Below are positions 10,701 through 23,500 of a DNA stretch of 64,000 nucleotides, piece by piece. Numbering within the stretch: position 1 is the stretch's first letter; the number at the start of each line of letters is the position of its first letter. The position numbers were made by a program, and so were the translations under genes. The stretch covers positions 15,066,001-15,130,000 of the forward strand of contig OZ076410.1 of the NCBI GenBank assembly GCA_964187785.1, written 5' to 3'. The notes beneath the pieces were generated by a model. That model was not told where the DNA came from, made no database searches, and saw only the letters and a list, made by a program, of their open reading frames with translations. The DNA comes from Amphiscolops sp. MND2022 (lineage: Eukaryota).

Positions 10701-10879
10701 AAAGAGACTTCTGAAAAAGGAAGGTTAGATATGAGTTGGTCTGATTTTGGTTCTCTCTTATACAGGGCAAAAACTCGAAGAGCTGATTATGCTCCTTTTT
10801 TGTCCTACTTGAACGTTTATTTTAGTCTTTTCATAATTATGTTGGATTATGTAATCGTTCAAGAAAAATAAACTTTCAA

Positions 10880-11108
10880 CTCCATTTTTAACGTAACATA
10901 CAAAACCGGATGAGACTAAAGGGTCCCCCATTTCAATTTTTTCTTCGGTGCAGAGACTTTTTTCGAGATTTTTTTTGTCTTCAAACGGTCCCGCCTTCAA
11001 ATTTATTGAAATCTCCCCTCATAGTATCTGGAGTTGAGCGCTATATCCGAACTTTTAACGTCATATCCGAAATATATAGCGCCGACTTTAGACGTTTCCG
11101 TCTTGTTT
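10880..11108 (-). mobile_element. Helentron/DINE-1-like non-autonomous repeat fragment
   Basis: Reverse complement of AACAAGACGG(A/G)AACGTCTAAAGTCGG also present at 49458; AAAGGGTCCCCC subrepeat shared with 49083-49905. Confidence 0.5.
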
Positions 11109-12014
11109 ACTTTAGAACCAAGGTTTTAGTTTAGAACCGAAGTTGTTCGTAGCACATTAAAACGTGTTCTGGTTAACATCCAATTCTGCCGCATTCGTTC
11201 TGTGCCGGACTTTTGGCCAGTAAATTTGACAATATGTTGCGGCAAATTGAGTTCACACGCTATTTTGCTTCTGAAAAATTTTTGTATCCCCGTACTTTCA
11301 TGGGTATCGATCGCTTCTGGCAATTGGTAGGTTTTACTGCCACATCTGTCGATTTTTGTAAAGATTTTGTTTGAAAATTTTATCTATTAATTACGCGGAA
11401 TTGACTTAGTGTACTGAATTTGGATACTTCACTATGTACTGTGATTATCTGGTAACAAAAATCGGACCATTGTTCATTTCTGCAACTGGAAAAATCCTTC
11501 ACAAATGAAGTTTTTTGGGGTACAATATAATTTCTTAAAAACTTGGATCTCGATCTTTCATGGTAAATTCCTCAAAAAGGTTATATTTTTGAAATTTGGA
11601 AAAATGCTAATCAAAGATTTCAACGATTTCTTGCAATTTACGCGTTCATTTCAACTTTTGTCACTTATTAGTGATGCTCTATCTAGAGTAATTTTTGTTG
11701 AATATTTCTTCTATACCAAGTATTTGGTAGCAATTGTACAGCGTTGTACATTCGATTGAGTAGAATAAGGTGCATTTTATAAATTATTATTTTAGATACA
11801 GACAAAAATTCCGCGACTCTCTTATGTTCGAAGTTGAAAATAAGACACTTGAGGAATTTCTATTTTAATATGATCAAAAATTCAGTAAACAAACTAAGTA
11901 TAAATCTAGAATATGACATTGAAAGGAAAGACTTGCGAGAAATCACCAGCAGTTCTATGAGCACCAATAGAAATAGTTGCTGACATCTTGTCAGTGATGA
12001 AGACTAGTCAATAC

Positions 12015-12632
12015 TAGAGGTGTACCGGACAGAAAAATTTCCGTCCGACCGGACATAATGCCGGAAACTTTTGACAGTTGTTGAGGAATGAATGTTCAAA
12101 AGCGGGAATAAATGCATAAGCGTCGAAAAGCAGGTTTCAATCTGAGATATGCGATCATTTGCTTAGATATTTGATATAGTGTTTCAAAACAGTGTTTTTA
12201 ATCAGTTGTATTCTTTTTCAATCAATATTTCTTTTTCAATGGTTTTTGGCTTTATGACTTTTTCGAAAATTCTTAATATCTTCAAAGGGTCCTCCTCCCT
12301 TCAATTTTTAAAAATATTTTGCAACAAACTGGAATTTCAAGAGGCCCAAAAAGTTCCCATTTTACAATTTTCGGCATTGTGAGATTTTCCAAAATGAACG
12401 TTTTTCGTCTTAAAATTAGGTTTTCTCAGTGGCATACTCAGATTTGCTCACCATGGGTTTTGTTCATTCTGATCTTAGGAACAGACTCGGGATTGAAAAA
12501 GTTTCGATACGCGGCTTTTCGTTTCCGTGCTTTGAACGAATAAAACCTTAGAAAAAACTTGATTGGTTTTGAACGTGAAAACGTGATTTTTTTCAATAGA
12601 TAACTTTTCCAACCCTGTCCGGTGCATCTCGA
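12015..12632. mobile_element. hAT-type MITE, 618 bp
   Basis: Imperfect 18-bp TIRs TAGAGGTGTACCGGACAG / CTGTCCGGTGCATCTCGA and exact 8-bp TSD GTCAATAC (12007-12014, 12633-12640). Confidence 0.85.
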
Positions 12633-12639
12633 GTCAATA

Positions 12640-13035
12640 CTAATTGTCTCCAGGTTCGTCTCCCTTGAACATGAGAGGCACCAAGTGCCTGTCTCCGCAG
12701 TCGCCTTCGATGAGGATGCGGTCAGTTCCGACCTCAACTAAAGTAGGCACCGCGACGACTCCTTTCGAGGTCCTGAACACATTGTCGGGGTTATCCTTCC
12801 ATTCTTCTCTCTCGCCAACTCCACAGGTGATGAGAACGTCTTCGTCTTTCAGAATGTTCTTCGCGTTTCGCATCAGAGTTGGCAGAGCTAAGCTGCAGTC
12901 AGAGCACCAGCTTTCGCCCTCGGCGTTCAAGTTGCCTATGTAAAGGACAAAGGTCCGGGTGCCAGGCTTGGCGCTGTGTTCTTCGATGAGACTGTTCAGA
13001 GAGGTTAGATCTCCGTTCACAGTGAATTCTTTCAT
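12640..13035 (-). CDS. TXNDC17: Thioredoxin domain-containing protein 17 (TRP14)-like, 131 aa, intronless CDS
   Basis: G-E-S-W-C-S-D-C, GVGEREEWKDNPDNVFR, V-x-A-VPTL and L-I-E-G-D-C motifs typical of TRP14; first ATG (MKEF) at 13035. Confidence 0.85.
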   Translation of the reverse strand: MKEFTVNGDLTSLNSLIEEHSAKPGTRTFVLYIGNLNAEGESWCSDCSLALPTLMRNAKNILKDEDVLITCGVGEREEWKDNPDNVFRTSKGVVAVPTLVEVGTDRILIEGDCGDRHLVPLMFKGDEPGDN

Positions 13036-13722
13036 CTTTATCTGAAAGATCAGCCAAAATTTAGCTTCCACGATAAATTACGTGGGCGGTGCAGTGCCGA
13101 CGACGTTTCACAAACAGTTAAATTCCATATAAGCGATTTTTTTCATATTGGTTTTACGACTCGGCCTGCCTTCTTTCGCCCCTCGCGGTCGGCTTCGTCA
13201 AAACCAGCCACTGGACTAGTAGTGGCACGTCGCTCCGCTTCTGCATTTAGGGCACTAGGAGTATGCGAGCATAGCTGATTACATTATCGTAATTAGCTCG
13301 CCGCTGTGTAGCACAGAAATTAAACAAATTTAATTCTCTTTTAATTTACATCTCTTGAACATGCGCGAACAAATTTTCAATTTCGTCGGCTTAGTGAACT
13401 GTCTGTATGGTGATGATCCGCTCCCTAAATTATAGCTGCATGGGATTCATCAGTATCCAAAAAGCTCTGAACATTTTTAATCATCAAATTTTTCATCAAA
13501 TGAACACCTTTCCAATTTTCCAAGCAATAATTAAATTTATAACCAAAGAATGGGGATATCGAATTTCAATCAAGATATTTACAAGTAGAGCATTTACAAA
13601 CAAAAGAAAGCACCAGTCTGATAGACACCATGTTGTTTTGGAAATAATCGTTAAATCTATTTGGTTCTAAGATGACAATAAACTTTAGTATAATCCAAAT
13701 AATGTAATATAAATAATGTTCA

Positions 13723-14538
13723 TCATGAATCAAACATGCGTTTTCTAGGTTTCAGTTCAGCATTCTTTGACTTCTCACAACATTTCTCTTTTATCATGAA
13801 GTTCATTTTCGCATGATCGCTCTTCGAAGACAACTTCTGTAACTGATGACTACTTTTGGGAATTTCCGTTTTAGAGGCCTTGATTTCCGAAATCCCGTTC
13901 CCAACGAGCGATTTGCGGATTTTCTTTGAGGCAACACTTTGAGGCAAAAGATCTTGCGTTGAACTAGACGATGAGTTCCTTGCAATTGAACCATTTGGTG
14001 ACTCTTTTGGTCTCTTATCGCTTCCAATTGAAATTAGTTTGGCACCAGAAAATTTCCAATCGGAACTCATGATGTTCCCTGACATTTTAGTAGCGATACC
14101 CGCGTTGGAAGTAGATGACGGAGGGTTCGAGACACTGCTTGCTGATGAAGACTGACCTTTAAATATTCTGGGGTCATTGAGAGTTTTCAGCCCTCTCTTG
14201 GCCAGTATTTCAGCTCTAGACGGTATGACAACAGTTGGCTCCTCCGGAGGGACTGTTTTAACGCGTTTGGGTGCTGAGGCAACTTGCAATGATGCGTTAA
14301 AAGAAGAAGGTCTCGATGCCATTGACATCGTTGGTTGTTTGATACAAAACTGGTTACTATTCGATGCAGGTGTAACTGTATTAGAAGGCGGTGCTAGCAG
14401 ACCTCGTCTTCTTGAGGCTGGTTTGCTGATAGCACATGTCAATTTCGTTTTCCTTTTAGGACTTTCTGCTTGTACCAAGTGCTCATTCACCTTCAATTTC
14501 AACTGCTGCAACTTATGATCTCTCTGCTGGCAAAGTCT
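13723..14538 (-). CDS. ELOA: Elongin A last coding exon
   Basis: Acceptor TTTCAG|AGA; RLCQQRDHKLQQL continues the Elongin A helix. Confidence 0.8.
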   Translation of the reverse strand, partial: RLCQQRDHKLQQLKLKVNEHLVQAESPKRKTKLTCAISKPASRRRGLLAPPSNTVTPASNSNQFCIKQPTMSMASRPSSFNASLQVASAPKRVKTVPPEEPTVVIPSRAEILAKRGLKTLNDPRIFKGQSSSASSVSNPPSSTSNAGIATKMSGNIMSSDWKFSGAKLISIGSDKRPKESPNGSIARNSSSSSTQDLLPQSVASKKIRKSLVGNGISEIKASKTEIPKSSHQLQKLSSKSDHAKMNFMIKEKCCEKSKNAELKPRKRMFDS

Positions 14539-17500
14539 CTGAAACATACTAAAAAATCAATTCGTGCAAGAATCGATTCAGGTGAAAACGGAGGCATGCC
14601 TACAAGCAGTTATATTCAAGGATAGCAAAATATAAGTTTCTAACTAAAGTCGATATATTTAAAAAACTTCACGATGACAAAAATTAGGAAAAAATTATTC
14701 ATTAACAATATGGAAAGATCTATCCAAATGATATCTGAGTTTGTTTTCATCTTAAAAGTGATCGATAATTAGGTTTATGGCGCCAGAATATTATGGTGCC
14801 TCTAACATGCCAGATTGAAAAAAGGAGTCTTCGCATATAAAACGTAAGAATATTGTGCGCTAGCTTCGTTTGAAAATGAGAGAGAAAATTGCCGGGCCCC
14901 AGAAAAAAGGAAACCGTGCCAACGGTGATTGCTTCGAATATCCAAAAAACTATTCACAAGTGAAAACCTGCTCTGGTTTCTTTAATGATCCGTTGAAGTT
15001 AACATTTGGTTATGGAGAGAGTAATGCCGAAATATAGCTAGTGGCTAGGATATAAAGTGGTATAGAGAAAAAAAATTCACGGTGCAAGGGATTCGAACCA
15101 GTAACATCAGGGACGGAAATCAGAGTATCTAACCACGTTTTCTAGAGAAAGTACCATCATAAAAACACAAAACGTGGCTTCCAACCAGCAATCAGGGGCA
15201 TAGCGTTCTTGCATGTATGGAATGGTAAAGATAGAGGAACTGCGACTTACAACGTAATACTCGCACCAACTCTCCTCCGCAGGTTTGTCACCCATAAACA
15301 ACTTGAACTCCTTCTTGCAGAAACCTTCCCACAGTTGATCAGTATCATCGATAAGGTGCTAAAGAGGAGGATGAAAGTTACATGGATGAATGTAGAAGGA
15401 TGGAACGTGTCATGCTTTTCATTCAAGACACAGCATGGCAGATGAAGACAACTAACCGGATTGTGAGACTCAATTCTCATCAATTGAACAGGAGTACAGC
15501 GATCTAATACTCCCTTGAGAACGAAATAGGGCAGATCCCCGACTTCATCTATCAAGTCAATGTGGTTGCACAAAACTTTCAGACACAGGTCAACCAAACG
15601 AGGAACGCCATCTGCAAAATAATGGTTCAAGGCAGGCAGGGATGGGCAATCAATAATTGATGAACCAATTAATTGCAATAATTGACTTTCAATAAATGAA
15701 CTGGCATTGTTTCCAATTGCAGTTAATTGATTGGTACTTGACAATAATTGCAATTAATTGGAACTCAGCTTTAACTCGTTTTTCAGGTAATTATGTCTAA
15801 AAAACTGCAAGATGTTTGCATAAAATACTTTGAAAAAGTGCAAGGGATTGAAAAACTGTGGAAGTGCAAGTGCGGAAAAGAATTGAAACAACGTAAAGGC
15901 ACAGGATGGTCAAATTTGCACACCCATATTAAAGTTCAGCATGGAATACACGAAAACTGTGCTGACAAGAATCAAAAAACAATCACACCTTTCGTGTTGA
16001 TTAACAAGCAAGCCCTGAATATATACTCTTGGCTTAGGTGAATATGCAATGATTTAAAGCCGTTCAGTTTTGTTGAAAGTGAAAACACCAAAGGTATACG
16101 AATTTGAAAAAAAATTCGAGAAACACTTTCATGAAGTGCTTGAACCTTGTAAGGGAAGCCACGGAGAAAATTTCATAGCAGCTTCCATGCAAATTTGCTC
16201 TGATGTTTGATGAACTCGACAGAAACAATGAATACATTGTCAAGGATGCAAGCATTGTTAAAAGCTGACACTTCGAAAATGGTAATAATATAAATTTTGG
16301 AAGGCCGAGAAAATGAGATGAAGATGACCGAAAAAGTTCAATGTAGACGCTTGAAAAAAGTGGAGGATGATGACTCGGATTTTGTCACTCAAGAGAATGA
16401 GGATGATTTCGCTTCAGCTGTACTACAAAAACGGCGGAAGAGGTGCGGAGATTCATATATATAATTCTATTAGCTCCTTTTTGCGAGCAGTTAACAATCT
16501 TAGTTGTTCAAACAAGATGAGATGACGCAAGTTCTCATGAGTTCAATTAAGCCGTTCTGTTTCTTTGATAAAATCAGTCAAGTTCTTGCTTTGGAGAGAA
16601 TATATATTCAAGTGATTATCGACAACGAATCACCCCCGAGCATCTCGAAGAACAGTTGTTTCTGAAAGCCAACGCTCAATTCTGGAACATTAATACTGTT
16701 ATTGATGTGTTGAATAAGTGACCCTAATTTCAGTCTGACACATGTTATTTTTTTCCAATTAATTGCAATAATTGATTATATTGATTGGTTTGGTCTCCAA
16801 TTATCATTCATTAATTGGTTAAATTTTTTCAGACCAATTAATTGGAATGAAAAATTGCCCATCCCTGAAGGCAGGGGTGTTCAATATTTTATTCGCCTAG
16901 AACTATGTTATTGCCTAGAAATCAATGATTTCCTTCAGGGCGGAAAAAGTAATTTTATTTTTTGCTAAAATAAATTTTATTCTCAACGAAAAACGGATAT
17001 CAACAAAAACTTGAATTATGCTCTGAGAATCACGAACAGACCAATATTTTTTGTTAGCCATAAAAAAAATTGCGACTCAAACAAAGTTCAATGGGCTGAG
17101 TTTTTGGCGGTAATCTCCCATGACATGTTTTGCTTTAGAAAAATTTCAATACGGTTAACAATTATCGAATTTAATTGGCTGACATGTTTGTCATATTCCT
17201 GACATTTAAAAGAAGAATTTTCCGTTGTTGCATAATAAGTTGAACTTTGAATCATTAAACTTTCACACCTTTGTTTATATTCGTATTGACTAATTTGTTG
17301 TTTTGGTCGCTTTCTCACTTGATCAAGTCCACCCACCAACACCGGGTGCCTCAAACTAAGTACTGAATTAACATCTGAAACATCAGTTCTTCTACAATAG
17401 AAGCGAAACAAAAGATAACTCAGAAGTCAGGAACTATTCACGATGAGGAAAATAGACTTTATGACTTGGTGACCAGGAGTGGTGCCATCGAGCAGAAGAA

Positions 17501-20500
17501 CTCCGCATCTGATGAACCTGGATATCTAGTTTTTGGAACTCCTGCTTGTATTGAACTGATGGTCTAACCCTCCGAAATATTGTGGACTGCAGGCAGTCAT
17601 CACGAACTGATTAGGGTCCTCTTCGAAGAACAATAATGAAATTGTCAGAAAACAAAACAAAGATGGAATTTTTGGAGGTACCAAGGGGCTGTGGCAGGAC
17701 CCTTACATTTCGGCTGATGGAAGGGCTGACTGGTCAAGAATGAGCAAGGCAGTTCCAATTGGAGAGACTGGAAGAGAAGGGTTTCTTGATTGGTTCTTTT
17801 TGATAGCACCCAGCTGCACCACAATTCTGTTGAAAGATCTTGGGCCTGGGAAACCCACAGATGGTATGGTTAAAGCCGTTCAGTTTTGTTGAAAGTGAAA
17901 ACACCAAAGGTATACGAATTTGAAAAAAAAATTCGAGAAACACTTCCATGAAGTGCTTGAACCTTGTAAGGGAAGCCACGGAGAAAATTTCATAGCAGCT
18001 TCCATGCAAATTTGCTCTGATGTTTGATGAACTCGACAGAAACAATGAATACATTGTCAAGGATGCAAGCATTGTTAAAAGCTGACACTTCGAAAATGGT
18101 AATAATATAAATTTTGGAAGGCCGAGAAAATGAGATGAAGATGACCGAAAAAGTTCAATGTAGACGCTTGAAAAAAGTGGAGGATGATGACTCGGATTTT
18201 GTCACTCAAGAGAATGAGGATGATTTCGCTTCAGCTGTACTACAAAAACGGCGGAAGAGGTGCGGAGATTCATATATACAATTCTATTAGCTCCTTTTTG
18301 CGAGCAGTTAACAATCTTAGTTGTTCAAACAAGATGAGATGACGCAAGTTCTCATGAGTTCAATTAAGCCGTTCTGTTTCTTTGATAAAATCAGTCAAGT
18401 TCTTGCTTTGGAGAGAATATATATTCAAGTGATTATCGACAACGAATCACCCCCGAGCATCTCGAAGAACAGTTGTTTCTGAAAGCCAACGCTCAATTCT
18501 GGAACATTAATACTGTTATTGATGTGTTGAATAAGTGACCCTAATTTCAGTCTGACACATGTTATTTTTTTCCAATTAATTGCAATAATTGATTATATTG
18601 ATTGGTTTGGTCTCCAATTATCATTCATTAATTGGTTAAATTTTTTCAGACCAATTAATTGGAATGAAAAATTGCCCATCCCTGAAGGCAGGGGTGTTCA
18701 ATATTTTATTCGCCTAGAACTATGTTATTGCCTAGAAATCAATGATTTCCTTCAGGGCGGAAAAAGTAATTTTATTTTTTGCTAAAATAAATTTTATTCT
18801 CAACGAAAAAAGGATATCAACAAAAACTTGAATTAAGCTCTGAGAATCACGAACAGACCAATATTTTTTGTTAGCCATAAAAAAAATGCGACTCAAACAA
18901 AGTTCAATGGGCTGAGTTTTTGGCGGTAATCTCCCATGACATGTTTTGCTTTAGAAAATTTTCAATACGGTTAACAATTATCGAATTTAATTGGCTGACA
19001 TGTTTGTCATATTCCTGAGATTTAAAAGAAGAATTTTCCGTTGTTGCATAATAATTTTAACTTTGAATCATTAAACTTTCACACCCTTGTTTATATTCGT
19101 ATTGACTAATCTGTTGTTTTGGTCGCTTTCTCACTTGATCAAGTCCACCCACCAACACCGGGTGCCTCAAACTAAGTACTGAATTAACATCTGAAACATC
19201 AGTTCTTCTACAATAGAAGCGAAACAAAAGATAACTCAGAAGTCAGGAACTATTCACGATGAGGAAAATAGACTTTATGACTTGGTGACCAGGAGTGGTG
19301 CCATCGAGCAGAAGAACTCCGCATCTGATGAACCTGGATATCTAGTTTTTGGATCTCCTGCTTGTATTGAACTGATGGTCTAACCCTCCGAAATATTGTG
19401 GACTGCAGGCAGTCATCACGAACTGATTAGGGTCCTCTTCGAAGAACAATAATGAAATTGTCAGAAAACAAAACAAAGATGGAATTTTTGGAGGTACCAA
19501 GGGGCTGTGGCAGGACCCTTACATTTCGGCTGATGGAAGGGCTGACTGGTCAAGAATGAGCAAGGCAGTTCCAATTGGAGAGACTGGAAGAGAAGGGTTT
19601 CTTGATTGGTTCTTTTTGATAGCACCCAGCTGCACCACAATTCTGTTGAAAGATCTTGGGCCTGGGAAACCCACAGATGGTATGGTTAAAGCCGTTCAGT
19701 TTTGTTGAAAGTGAAAACACCAAAGGTATACGAATTTGAAAAAAAATTCGAGAAACACTTTCATGAAGTGCTTGAACCTTGTAAGGGAAGCCACGGAGAA
19801 AATTTCATAGCAGCTTCCATGCAAATTTGCTCTGATGTTTGATGAACTCGACAGAAACAATGAATACATTGTCAAGGATGCAAGCATTGTTAAAAGCTGA
19901 CACTTCGAAAATGGTAATAATATAAATTTTGGAAGGCCGAGAAAATGAGATGAAGATGACCGAAAAAGTTCAATGTAGACGCTTGAAAAAAGTGGAGGAT
20001 GATGACTCGGATTTTGTCACTCAAGAGAATGAGGATGATTTCGCTTCAGCTGTACTACAAAAACGGCGGAAGAGGTGCGGAGATTCATATATATAATTCT
20101 ATTAGCTCCTTTTTGCGAGCAGTTAACAATCTTAGTTGTTCAAACAAGATGAGATGACGCAAGTTCTCATGAGTTCAATTAAGCCGTTCTGTTTCTTTGA
20201 TAAAATCAGTCAAGTTCTTGCTTTGGAGAGAATATATATTCAAGTGATTATCGACAACGAATCACCCCCGAGCATCTCGAAGAACAGTTGTTTCTGAAAG
20301 CCAACGCTCAATTCTGGAACATTAATACTGTTATTGATGTGTTGAATAAGTGACCCTAATTTCAGTCTGACACATGTTATTTTTTTCCAATTAATTGCAA
20401 TAATTGATTATATTGATTGGTTTGGTCTCCAATTATCATTCATTAATTGGTTAAATTTTTTCAGACCAATTAATTGGAATGAAAAATTGCCCATCCCTGA

Positions 20501-23500
20501 AGGCAGGGGTGTTCAATATTTTATTCGCCTAGAACTATGTTATTGCCTAGAAATCAATGATTTCCTTCAAGGCGGAAAAGTAATTTTATTTTTTGCTAAA
20601 ATAAATTTTATTCTCAACGAAAAACGGATATCAACAAAAACTTGAATTATGCTCTGAGAATCACGAACAGACCAATATTTTTTGTTAGCCATAAAAAAAT
20701 TGCGACTCAAACAAAGTTCAATGGGCTGAGTTTTTGGCGGTAATCTCCCATGACATGTTTTGCTTTAGAAAATTTTCAATACGGTTAACAATTATCGAAT
20801 TTAATTGGCTGACATGTTTGTCATATTCCTGACATTTAAAAGAAGAATTTTCCGTTGTTGCATAATAATTTGAACTTTGAATCATTAAACTTTCACACCT
20901 TTGTTTATATTCGTATTGACTAATTTGTTGTTTTGGTCGCTTTATCACTTGATCAAGTCCACCCACCAACACCGGGTGCCTCAAACTAAGTACTGAATTA
21001 ACATCTGAAACATCAGTTCTTCTACAATAGAAGCGAAACAAAAGATAACTCAGAAGTCAGGAACTATTCACGATGAGGAAAATAGACTTTATGACTTGGT
21101 GACCAGGAGTGGTGCCATCGAGCAGAAGAACTCCGCATCTGATGAACCTGGATATCTAGTTTTTTGGAACTCCTGCTTGTATTGAACTGATGGTCTAACC
21201 CTCCGAAATATTGTGGACTGCAGGCAGTCATCACGAACTGATTAGGGTCCTCTTCGAAGAACAATAATGAAATTGTCAGAAAACAAAACAAAGATGGAAT
21301 TTTTGGAGGTACCAAGGGGCTGTGGCAGGACCCTTACATTTCGGCTGATGGAAGGGCTGACTGGTCAAGAATGAGCAAGGCAGTTCCAATTGGAGAGACT
21401 GGAAGAGAAGGGTTTCTTGATTGGTTCTTTTTGATAGCACCCAGCTGCACCACAATTCTGTTGAAAGATCTTGGGCCTGGGAAACCCACAGATGGTATGG
21501 TTTCAGTAGCAGCAAGCCACATATTGCTTGTGGGATGATCGGAGAACAGAATCCGTTGAGAAAGTCATCTCAACCAGAGGGGAAGTTTTTCAAAGAGTGA
21601 AAGTGTCATATTCCTGACATTTAAAAGAAGAATTTTCCGTTGTTGCATAATAATTTGAACTTTGAATCATTAAACTTTCACACCTTTGTTTATATTCGTA
21701 TTGACTAATTTGTTGTTTTGGTCGCTTTCTCACTTGATCAAGTCCACCCACCAACACCGGGTGCCTCAAACTAAGTACTGAATTAACATCTGAAACATCA
21801 GTTCTACAATAGAAGCGAAACAAAAGATAACTCAGAAGTCAGGAACTATTCACGATGAGGAAAATAGACTTTATGACTTGGTGACCAGGAGTGGTGCCAT
21901 CGAGCAGAAGAACTCCGCATCTGATGAACCTGGATATCTAGTTTTTGGAACTCCTGCTTGTATTGAACTGATGGTCTAACCCTCCGAAATATTGTGGACT
22001 GCAGGCAGTCATCACGAACTGATTAGGGTCCTCTTCGAAGAACAATAATGAAATTGTCAGAAAACAAAACAAAGATGGAATTTTTGGAGGTACCAAGGGG
22101 CTGTGGCAGGACCCTTACTTATATATATGGTCTATTTACACCCCTTGATGCGGGCAATGTTAAGCAAATGATTTATCAAAAACATTTATGGGTGAATAAT
22201 ACCACTGATTTATATCGTGTTTGTTAGTTATTCAAATCTTCCGCAGTTTCCGATGAATTCTACTAGCTTCGCACAGTTTGTCAGGTCATAGAGGTTGAAG
22301 TTTTCGGTCGGAAGATTTCTCGGTTCCCATATTTTGCAACTGAATAAAAAGTGAATTGCAGTTTCTTCGGTTCTTTTACATGAGCATAGAGGACTGGCTG
22401 TTAGGCTTCGGTTGTATGCAAAATTTTTCAGTGAGGGGTTGATGTCCAGGAGTACTTCTATGACATGCCTCATGAGCTCTTTGGTTGTGGATATCTTGGT
22501 CAAAACGGGGTCGCTTTCTACTCGAGGGACAAGATGTTTGAGATTTGTATCGGAGTCCGGATATTGCCATCTATAATTCCATTGCCTAAGAATGTGATTT
22601 CTACTCGTTTCTTCATCGTAGCTTAGCTTGTCGCGTAGGTTTAATGTCTTTCTGCAGTAAAATTGTCTCAACGTATTTCTATGGCCCAAAAGAAACGCTA
22701 AGTCTGATTCATTTTCTATTATTTGATTTGTCATATGATCATTGCTTTGTAGAACTTTAGTTAAAAATTTCGATGATATGTTTTGGCACAGTATGTCTAT
22801 AGGTGGAATACCCAAAAGAACTTCAGCTGCTGCCGAGTTTGCATTGTATCTGGTTTCCATTATGCTGCGGGTAATCGTATGTTGAAATTTAGTTAATTTA
22901 GTAATGTTTTGACTCGCCCATACAGGTGTGCAGTATAGTAAGGCCGGTAGGATCAATGTTTTGTACATAACTGTAAGGGTGTGTCTCGATAGACCCCATT
23001 TGCCTGTGCAATGATATCTCAGTTCTCTCCACCTGTTCAGGCAACGTGCTGTTGTTGAATCTGTGTGTTGTTTAAATGAACATTCGTTGTCTACGATCAA
23101 GCCGAGAATTTTCGTTTGGTATTTCACTTCACATTTCTCTGTTCCCAGATGAATTTTGTGGTCCCAGATATCCAGTGGGTGAATGGGCATTATCTCGGTT
23201 TTCAATCCGTTTATTTGAATTCGCCATGTGTTGCACCATGTTTTCACCGAATTCAGGTTTTTCTGAATTTTTTCGCAGAGGGAGGCTTGTGTTTCTGCAG
23301 ACACAAGGATCTGAGAATCGTCCGCATATTTGAATTTAGTTCCATCAGTATTCTTCAACATTTCTGCGATGAAAAATATGAAAAGCAATGGTGAGAGTAC
23401 GCTTCCTTGCGGAACTCCCTGTTTTGGCTTAATGGGCGAGCTTAACACTCCATCCAGTTTTGTTCGTATCAGTCGGCATTTGAAAAAATTCCGAAGGAGA

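Noticed and set aside
15612-15753. Track ORF extension MQLLSSTNQL... as the Elongin A N-terminus
   Set aside because: This is read-through into intron and the hAT left end; the exon begins at the TTTTGCAG acceptor (15611)
17088-17411. 107-aa minus ORF (and its copies) as Elongin A exons
   Set aside because: The 25782 exon splices in phase directly to 15611 with better motif match; this ORF ends in its own stop and lacks Elongin A motifs
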